Assembly: GCA_951406725.2 (NCBI GenBank)
Contig: OX597814.1
Span: 41,168,001 to 41,232,000, forward strand
Length of the DNA: 64,000 nucleotides
Direction of reading: 5' to 3'
Source of the DNA: Octopus vulgaris
Taxonomy: Eukaryota
The position numbers and the translations under genes are program-made. The notes under the pieces are model-generated. The model was given only the letters and a program-made list of their open reading frames with translations, searched no databases and had not been told where the DNA came from. Positions 56,303 through 64,000 of the stretch are shown here, one piece after another; within the stretch, counting starts at the first letter, position 1; each line of letters opens with the position of its first letter.

Positions 56303-56930
56303 TACGAGTGTCGCCAGAAATGTTCATAGGCTGATGAAGGTGCTCGCATGGAATGTGACTAATTGAGTTTTAATTTACTACGTAATATCCACTTTCGCAT
56401 CTTTATTGCAGTGCGTTGATCCCATTACCGAGGAAGCTTTCATCCCTTCTGACAAAAGTACAATCAACAGCATTCATGACATCACCACTGCGGTTTTGGT
56501 TCAAAGCCAAGTGTTGGGGAATAGATGATAGTTAGGTGCGATCAAAGCAGGTGAATAAAGGGAGTTATCAATCACTTCAGAGCAACAGTCATATACAGCA
56601 ACCATTTAAACCGAATGTTGTTGCGCTGCATCGTTGTCTTGAAACAGAACACTTCTTGTCTGTTTTCCTAGGAGTTTGGTTTTGAAAGCCTTCATAGCTG
56701 CGTTTGCAAGTTAGCATAGTATTCTCCATTGATAGCATAGCTCTTTAAATGATAGTCAGTAAACACAATATCTTTGACAATCCCCAAAATTTCTTGGTAG
56801 AAGAAACGACGTTGGCCTTTTTGGGCAGGTGAAGAGGGGTTTTTGTACCGCATGTATTGTCTTTTTATCTGTGGTTCAGAATTATGAAGCCAAGATTTAT
56901 CCTTGTTCCTTCAAACAACGTTAGATTTTC
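56303..56930 (-). mobile_element. mariner remnant (3' half with TIR)
   Basis: TA|CGAGTG terminus; minus strand VLFQDNDA and YSPALIAPNYHLFP. Confidence 0.65.
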
Positions 56931-56958
56931 GCCTGATATAATCGCATATATATATATA

Positions 56959-57451
56959 TAAGTACCGATATTTCCAGTAAATATCGGTACTTATTTGTGC
57001 CATTTCTTTACTAATTTGTGTATTTTTCCCTCACGGGCTACTTTTTACTGGAAGGCAATACTTTGTATTGCATTACTGATATTTTGAAACTTCTTCACCG
57101 TTTCTCGTACTGTTAGCGTTCCGCATTTCAGTCGAGTGTGTTAGTATTAATGTGGTAACATCGTAGATTTCGTCTTGGTATATGTTTGGCTGATGAAGGT
57201 AAAACAAAATATGGGTGAGAGACATATCTTGTAAAACTTGAAACCTGCAGGTACCACATTATCCTTTTCCGGGTGTTTCATCTTTCAGATGTTCTCCCTG
57301 GAGGTAAGACGTTTTTTTTTTTCTCTAATTTGTTGCACACACGCATTTTTGCTAATACATACGCGGTGAAGCTACACATTAGCGTCGTATTTTTACGTTC
57401 GCTATTTCCAGTAAATATCGATACTTAGTTGTGCCATTTATTTACTAATTT
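56959..57451 (+). mobile_element. Terminally redundant non-coding hammerhead unit (retrozyme/mini-PLE-like)
   Basis: 49-bp direct repeat 56969-57017 / 57403-57451 (3 mismatches); 15-bp fold-back at the 5' end; internal hammerhead; (TA)n on both sides. Confidence 0.75.
57187..57256 (+). ncRNA. Type-I hammerhead ribozyme, canonical core
   Basis: UGG-CUGAUGA-AGGU[AAAA CAAAAUAUG-loop-CAUAUCUUG UAAA]ACUU-GAA-ACCUGCAGGU-A^CCA; predicted cleavage after 57253. Confidence 0.82.
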
Positions 57452-57476
57452 ATATATATATATATATATATATATA

Positions 57477-57681
57477 GTTAATCCAAACATGAAAACACAA
57501 AGAGAAAGAACAACAACGCGAGGACGTGGAACACGTATAGTGTTATTGGACGGCCAGGAAAGGAAAGAAAGAAGGAGGATTTAACGTTTCGAGCTGAGCT
57601 CTTCGTCAGAAACATAGGAAAAGGAAAGATCCAAGGAAGAGAAGATGAAGGAAAATATCGCCAACGGTACAAACGCGGTCA
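57477..57681 (-). mobile_element. PLE-type unit, family A
   Basis: Reverse complement homologous to 21030-21237; flanked by TA runs. Confidence 0.8.
57579..57613 (-). ncRNA. Minimal (35-nt) type-I hammerhead with an extra A after the core
   Basis: GUUU-CUGACGA-A-GAGC(UCA)GCUC-GAA-ACGU-U^AAAU. Confidence 0.72.
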
Positions 57682-57718
57682 TATATATACATACATACCT
57701 ATCTTTATGTGTGTATAC

Positions 57719-57795
<77 letters not shown>

Positions 57796-60419
57796 TATAT
57801 ATACATGCGTATTTGATCAGGTGTCAGACGACGAGGAACACACCGCATAACGAAACTCGTTATGCGAAGTTAGTTACACATAATACTTATTTTGTAACTC
57901 TCTCACGGGATATGCTAGTAGTATTTAGTATATGATTTATAGCCAATCTTATATCATTTATCATTTTGTAGACAGGCGTAGCACGTCCAGAAATTAGGTT
58001 ATTTTCAAAACTCTCCCATCCACTTCTTAATTCAGCTGCTTATTTATGCAATACTGATAATACTTGAGCTACATCCCCTAATTTAACAAAGTTTTCAGGG
58101 TGAATGTCATTTGGGGCTAAAAGCTCATTCTGCAGGTACTTGATAACATCACGATGCAAAATTTTATCCTATTTGCAAGAAACTTCGCTACTAGTTTCCT
58201 TTGTATTCTTCTTGGAGCAGCCACGTGTTGAAATAAATGCTGACAAGATTTCACTTCTCTAGCATCATTCCTTCAAAGGTATTCGATGATATTTTCAAGA
58301 GTCTCTCTCAATGCAAAATATAGTTTCAAGTAGACACATTCACGCATACATAAAAAATGCTGCTGCTATGCTTATATATGTATGTGCATGTATGTTAGAC
58401 ACTTTTCTCCCCAGTGGAAAATTCGATTTCAAATTTAATATTTTGTTATCATTTATTTATTTTTATAGTGTGGGTTATTATTTACAAAAACAAAATGACA
58501 ATGTGTACTTGAGAAAACTTCATCAGAACTTTAGAGCTTTGGATTGATGATTAAATATATGATTATTCCTTTTATAAACATGAGCAAAAGTTTTTCACTT
58601 ATAAAATTATTTTGATTTAAATTTTGTTTTATTAATATTTTCTTAATACCATGCAAATTTTGTACCTACCGAAAATTAAATGTGTAAATTCTTTGTATAT
58701 CTTTGGTAAGACATTCCAAAAAATTTATTATAGTTGAATATTCACCGCAGATAAGGAGAAAAAGGAATATTTACCTTCTAAAATATTTTAGCTGCTTTAA
58801 AATATAAGATGGTTGAAATAGCTATACATAGAGACCATGAATGTTTCCCTGATATTAACGGTACACTTTCCACAGACTTCTTGGACTATTGCCCTAGTTG
58901 AGTATTTGGCTGCCTCACTTTAACCAGTTATTTTGTGAGTTAACATCACGATGGGAATCGATATCATCAAGCTTCAGATGTATGTCGTATCTAAAGTTTT
59001 GAAAAGATCGGTGCATATTTTCAGCTACAAGCTAAATTTGCGGCACTTATACTTAAAAAGAAACCACGTATTTGAACATATCTGAAAATATCTCATTGAG
59101 ATTTTGCTTCACTTCAAGCCTATCGTGAATTATATACCAAATGCCAGAGAAAATTGAGTGAAATTCTTTAATTTTTGCTTTATGCAAGGCTAGATATTTT
59201 AGTTTCAGTTATAGAAAATTTGCTGCAATTGTTTGGTTCACAGAGTTTGCATAGAATTTTATTAGAGCGAGATTCACACATAATAGTATCTAGAAGAGGT
59301 TTTTCGTTCAGATTTTCTTTTATAGAATTGCTTTAGGCTGCAATGCGAAAAACTAATGCAGATGATTCATTCACGTAAAAAGAAGTTATCTACGCTGATC
59401 CCTACAATAAAAAAAGAGACCCTACACTTTCAGATCACTAGATATTCACAACCGGTCATTAAAATTTATAGTTACAAAAGACACTTTATGCAGCCATACC
59501 TTACGTTGGTATAAGTGAATATTGCATTGGGATATTTAGCTCAAATTTACCAGTACGTACCACAAAATATCAACGTAAGCATAAAAATCTATGAATAATT
59601 TTCCTCAAGTTAGTTTTTAGTTTGCAAATTTTCCAAACAACATGATTCAACAGTATACGGATACGAATGGCATATTTAAGACAAAGGCTAAACGTCTATA
59701 TAGTTTGTAAGAAACGGAATATTGATTCCAGGGTTAAATTGATTATATTCGTTTGCCTACGACTTGTAACACGAATACATTAAATGAATATTTCGTTCAG
59801 CTCTAAAATTTAATGTAGACTTAATTTAAGAATGTCGATAAGAAGACGTGAAATCTTTCAATTCAGTTTTGAATCTGAATAGAAGCACTATATTTGAAAT
59901 GTCTCTCGAATGAGAATGCCACAACAATGTGAAACTAATAGTATAGTGGAGGAAAAGAAACCATATTCGAAGCATATCTATTTTATAATTCTAATATCCA
60001 GAAAATTAACAGTGACATATTAGGAAGCTAATTAACGACTACCTGGTTTTCGTCATGAAATATTTACTGAAAATGATATACGCTTCACTCAGGTCTAAAA
60101 CAAATGAAGGAGGTCAATGACCTATATGAAAACGCATTTTAAATATGTGTACAAATTATAAATTTCGACATGATTTAAGTTTCGTTTTGGGGATTGAAGA
60201 ATTAATTGAAATTAGAAACTGATTTGTAATTGACATTTTTAGTACTCCACCGATTAACTAAGAAAAGGGTGGTAAGAGTTTCTCTTCAGTAGATCAAATA
60301 ATTATCAAATTGATAACTAGTGTAGTATATATATATATAATAACAATTTAATGAATAAAAGAAATGCATACATACATACATATATGTACATGCCTACATA
60401 TATATGTATATATACATGT

Positions 60420-60715
<296 letters not shown>

Positions 60716-61027
60716 ATTGATAGAAATTGGTAGAAAGACAACAAAAGAATGAAATATATCTCGATATTATGTAAATAGACAAATGTATCTGTAAATGTAA
60801 TATGTGACACTTATTCGGTAGCCATGATAAAACTCCGACTTTCGGATGTCGGGGTGGAAATCTACGCCGCCCTCTCTTCACTTATCCGGCCATCAGAGAA
60901 ACTGCTATGAAAATGACCGTTAAACAAATGGAAATTACTCTAACTTCCCGTTGTTTAACGGTCATTTTCATAGCATTTTTTCCGATGGTCGGATAACTAT
61001 AGAGATGGCGGCGTGAACCTCCACCCC

Positions 61028-61031
<4 letters not shown>
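60716..61031. repeat. Inverted-repeat PLE-type unit with a decayed hammerhead (60826-60886, minus)
   Basis: 60847-60933 is a reverse complement of 60945-61031. Minus-strand GATAA-GTGAAGA-[long GC stem]-GAAAGTCGGAGTT-TTATC. Confidence 0.75.
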
Positions 61032-61101
<70 letters not shown>

Positions 61102-61104
<3 letters not shown>

Positions 61105-61556
61105 AAAGATATGCCATAATATACATCTGGAAGATCCTGGAGGGAAGTGTCCTGAACTTTGGCATCGAGAGTTACGCAAATGCCAGAACTGGGCGCCACT
61201 GCGTGGTGCCTAAGACTCCAAACTTGCCATCAAGATGTAGGAGAAGATTCTGTGATAGCCTGGGCTTCCGAGACCCACAGCTCTTCAATATCCTCCCGAA
61301 GAACCTGAGAGACCTGCATGGGGTGGATACAGATGTCTTTAAAATGAAGCTGGATCTCTTCCTGTCAGGTGTCCCAGATGAACCAACTTCACGGCAGGAG
61401 GGGCAGATGAGGGCAGCTGCATCGAACTCTCTCATGCACCAAATAGCAGCTGCTAGAAAGCCTTCATGAAGTGAAACCAAGTAGCAACACCAAATGGCGG
61501 TGCTCCAGCATGGCCACAGCTCATAAGCTGAAACTGGAAAAATCAAAATCAAAATC
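61102..61556 (+). pseudogene. CR1-like LINE 3' end with 3' UTR and (AAAATC)n tail
   Basis: ERYAIIYIWKIL...RTGRHC...PQLFNILPKNLR...FKMKLDLFLSGVPDEP...AASNSL, followed by GGCGGTGCTCCAGCATGGCC and (AAAATC)3. Confidence 0.88.
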
Positions 61557-61627
61557 ATATATATGTATATATCCATAGAGGGATAGAAAAAAGAAAGAAA
61601 ACCGAGTGTGGACTCGCAGAGATCAAT

Positions 61628-62120
61628 ATCTATAACTATCTATAAATCTGAAATGCTAAAAGTTTGTTTGTCTGGTTTTGGCATTGGAACGGGTTAAAGG
61701 CTACTGGATCCCGTCGGATTCGCTCCGAAATTTACAGGGACATGTAAAATGAGGTGAGAATATGAGTGGGCTAGGTTAGAAACCCCTATCTCAAAAGCTG
61801 TGGTTACTTGGGCAAAAACCCCACACTGTGACAAGTCTTTTTTCGTTACTCTCATTCTCTTATCTGCCTGTCTTCATCCAGCGCTCTCTCTCTCTCTTTC
61901 CTCTCTTTCCTTCACTTTCTTTCTATAACGACTTGTGACAGGTCAACTACCTTTCCCCCGCCGCTTTCACCAGCTCTCTCACAATTTCTCTCAAATCATC
62001 CCTCTCTCTCTACGTCTGTCTGCATTCATAGAGATAATTATTATCGCCACCACGCCACCACACAATCATGAGAACAAATATTTGTTCTCATGATAGTGTG
62101 GTGGTGGTGGTGGTGATAAT
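61628..62120 (+). mobile_element. Possible non-autonomous Helitron 5' portion
   Basis: A|TCTATA...AAAGTTTGTTTGTCTG...CTACTGG...GATT resembles small Helitron 5' ends; no convincing 3' hairpin-CTAG was found. Confidence 0.35.
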
Positions 62121-62231
62121 CATTGGGTTAATTTATATATGTGTATGTGTTCTATATATAAATATGTCACTAGAAAACACTTATATATTTCCAAAGCAAC
62201 CTTGTCTTTCATCGCGACGTGGTGGTTACCG

Positions 62232-62270
62232 CCCGTGGATAAGAGACAATAATCTCGAAACTAGTCCGTG
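62232..62270 (+). ncRNA. Decayed hammerhead-like motif
   Basis: CCCG-TGGATAA-GAGA(CAATAA)TCTC-GAA-ACTAGT-C-CGTG: intact stem II, palindromic stem III and GUC; 5' core mutated. Confidence 0.45.
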
Positions 62271-62534
62271 TGTATCACTCAGGCTTGCGAGAAAGGGATG
62301 GCCTCCCTTTGCAATTACTTCAAGGGCAGTGAAATGGTAACTAAAGCCAGATGGAGACGATGATCGCCTGGGGCTATAAACACCCCCTCCTCTTTGTGGT
62401 TAGCCATATTAAGATGGCTTCTATACTTTACAATATCGAGTGATTACTGTTTACATCTCATTCTGAGATTTAATAATGTTATATATATATATATATATGT
62501 ATATAATTTGTATGCATTTGTATATATAATGCGT

Positions 62535-62567
<33 letters not shown>

Positions 62568-63589
62568 CTGTGTATATATGTACATATATATATTTAATGC
62601 GAATATATAAATACAATACATATAAATATATATATATATATATATAATGTGTGCATTATGTGGTCGGTTGAGCTGAAAATATGCACACCTATAATAAAAT
62701 TGCTGGCGAGTTTGCTTTCCTCAAATGAAAGTCGTGACCTCTAGGACAAAATTCCTCATCTTATAAAATGTGGCTCGAGTAGACCCGAATGAAATAAAGT
62801 TATATTAACCAAAATGTGCAAAGGGGTCTAAATGTGGCTGGACGGGGATTAAAATTTACAGGAGCGGGCGTTTACGAATTTTCTTTTACATCAAGTTAAA
62901 AGCTTTACCCCAGCCGTTAAACTGCCACCATGTTGCTGTCCATCATTAAGAAATGCCAGCCATGGTGACTCTACTATCCTCAGATTCTATCCCTTCAGTC
63001 TTTGGTTTCCAATATTTTTTTTACTTTTTATTCAGCTCGCAAGTTCCTCTCTCCCTTTTAAATGTTAGTGTTTTGCTATCTGGCTTGAAGCAGACCTTTC
63101 CGTTGTCACTGCCTGATATTTATGATTGATCTTTCAAAATGTTTTTTTCTCTGAACTTACTCGAGATCTTTTGTTGTATATAAATGGGAGAGAGATAGAT
63201 AGAGAGTAAGAGAAAGCGAGGGAGAGTCCGATAGAAAGGAAGAGTAAGAGAGTGGGAAAGTGTGAGAGAAAGGAAAGAGAAACAAAGAGGAAGAATGTGG
63301 TGATAAAAAACAGAAAGGAAGCAACAGACAGCAACAACCACACTCTTACCGGCGCGTAGAGCGGGTCACATTAAGCTAGTTACATATAAATGTAAGAGCC
63401 TACTGTTAACAAGGCTGAGTGGCGTTCATTTAAAATTACTTAAAAACTACACATTATGTACAGGACTTTACCAACGAGGGAAAAATATGAAAACACACTA
63501 GATAAGTACTGGACAAAATACCAACAATACAGAATAAGTCGATGACACACACACACACACATGTTTATATACATCCACGTATATGTGTA

Positions 63590-63792
63590 TTTCCGTCTGT
63601 GTTTCCCCAACACCACTATTTGACAACTGGTATTGTTATGTTTATGTCCATGTTCTGTTTAGGTTTGACAAAATAAACCGATAGGATGAGTGATAGTCTT
63701 TGAAAAATAAGTCTTGTGGTCGATTCTTTGACTAAGACTTTTCACTGTGATGGCTCCGAAAAGCTGCAGACTAATGACTGAAGTAAGAAAAA
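63590..63792 (+). mobile_element. SINE family 1, 3' half, degenerate
   Basis: TTTGACAACTGG...CCGATAGGATGAG...GTCGATTCTTTGACTAA...CAGACTAATGACTGAA. Confidence 0.7.
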
Positions 63793-64000
63793 TTATATAT
63801 AAATATCAGGTTGAGTACAAACTAAGTACCGTTTTGCACAATTAAGAGTTTGTACTTGATTTTGGCAGTTTTTTAAAAACATATTTTTGCAATTATCTGA
63901 TAAGATATATATTAACTTGCCTAACTGCATAATAAATACACGTTCTATAAGAGTTTTCTACGGTATTTACATTAGACGGTTATGTGTCCTCATCTTTTTT

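Noticed and set aside
57825-57870. CGCATAACGA-AAC-TCGTTATGCG hairpin containing GAAAC
   Set aside because: A simple hairpin; it cannot be folded into hammerhead topology.

Overview
AT-rich, microsatellite-dense eukaryotic DNA that is almost entirely repeat-derived. The SINE families and (TA)n/(CA)n/(CTAT)n density suggest an octopus/cephalopod genome (inference). I could not support any intact host protein-coding gene; most ORF-track entries are microsatellite artefacts. The window holds decayed Tc1/mariner elements, a pogo-type MITE and fold-back MITEs, RTE, CR1-like, R4/Dong-like and Tx1-like LINE fragments, three SINE families and a Penelope-like (PLE) RT/GIY-YIG pseudogene. The most notable signal is a dense set of short non-coding units sitting in (TA)n tracts. 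They come from several sequence-unrelated families and carry minimal type-I hammerhead ribozyme motifs with a palindromic stem III. Cores are intact at 24264-24306 (-), 24339-24381 (+), 57187-57256 (+) and 57579-57613 (-), with several variant or decayed copies. Many units are arranged as 5'-to-5' inverted repeats, and one is a 434-nt terminally redundant, retrozyme-like monomer. Also present is a ~3-kb inverted pair of a decayed, unidentified repeat-protein gene (24.5-27.6 kb). All alignments and folds were done by eye.
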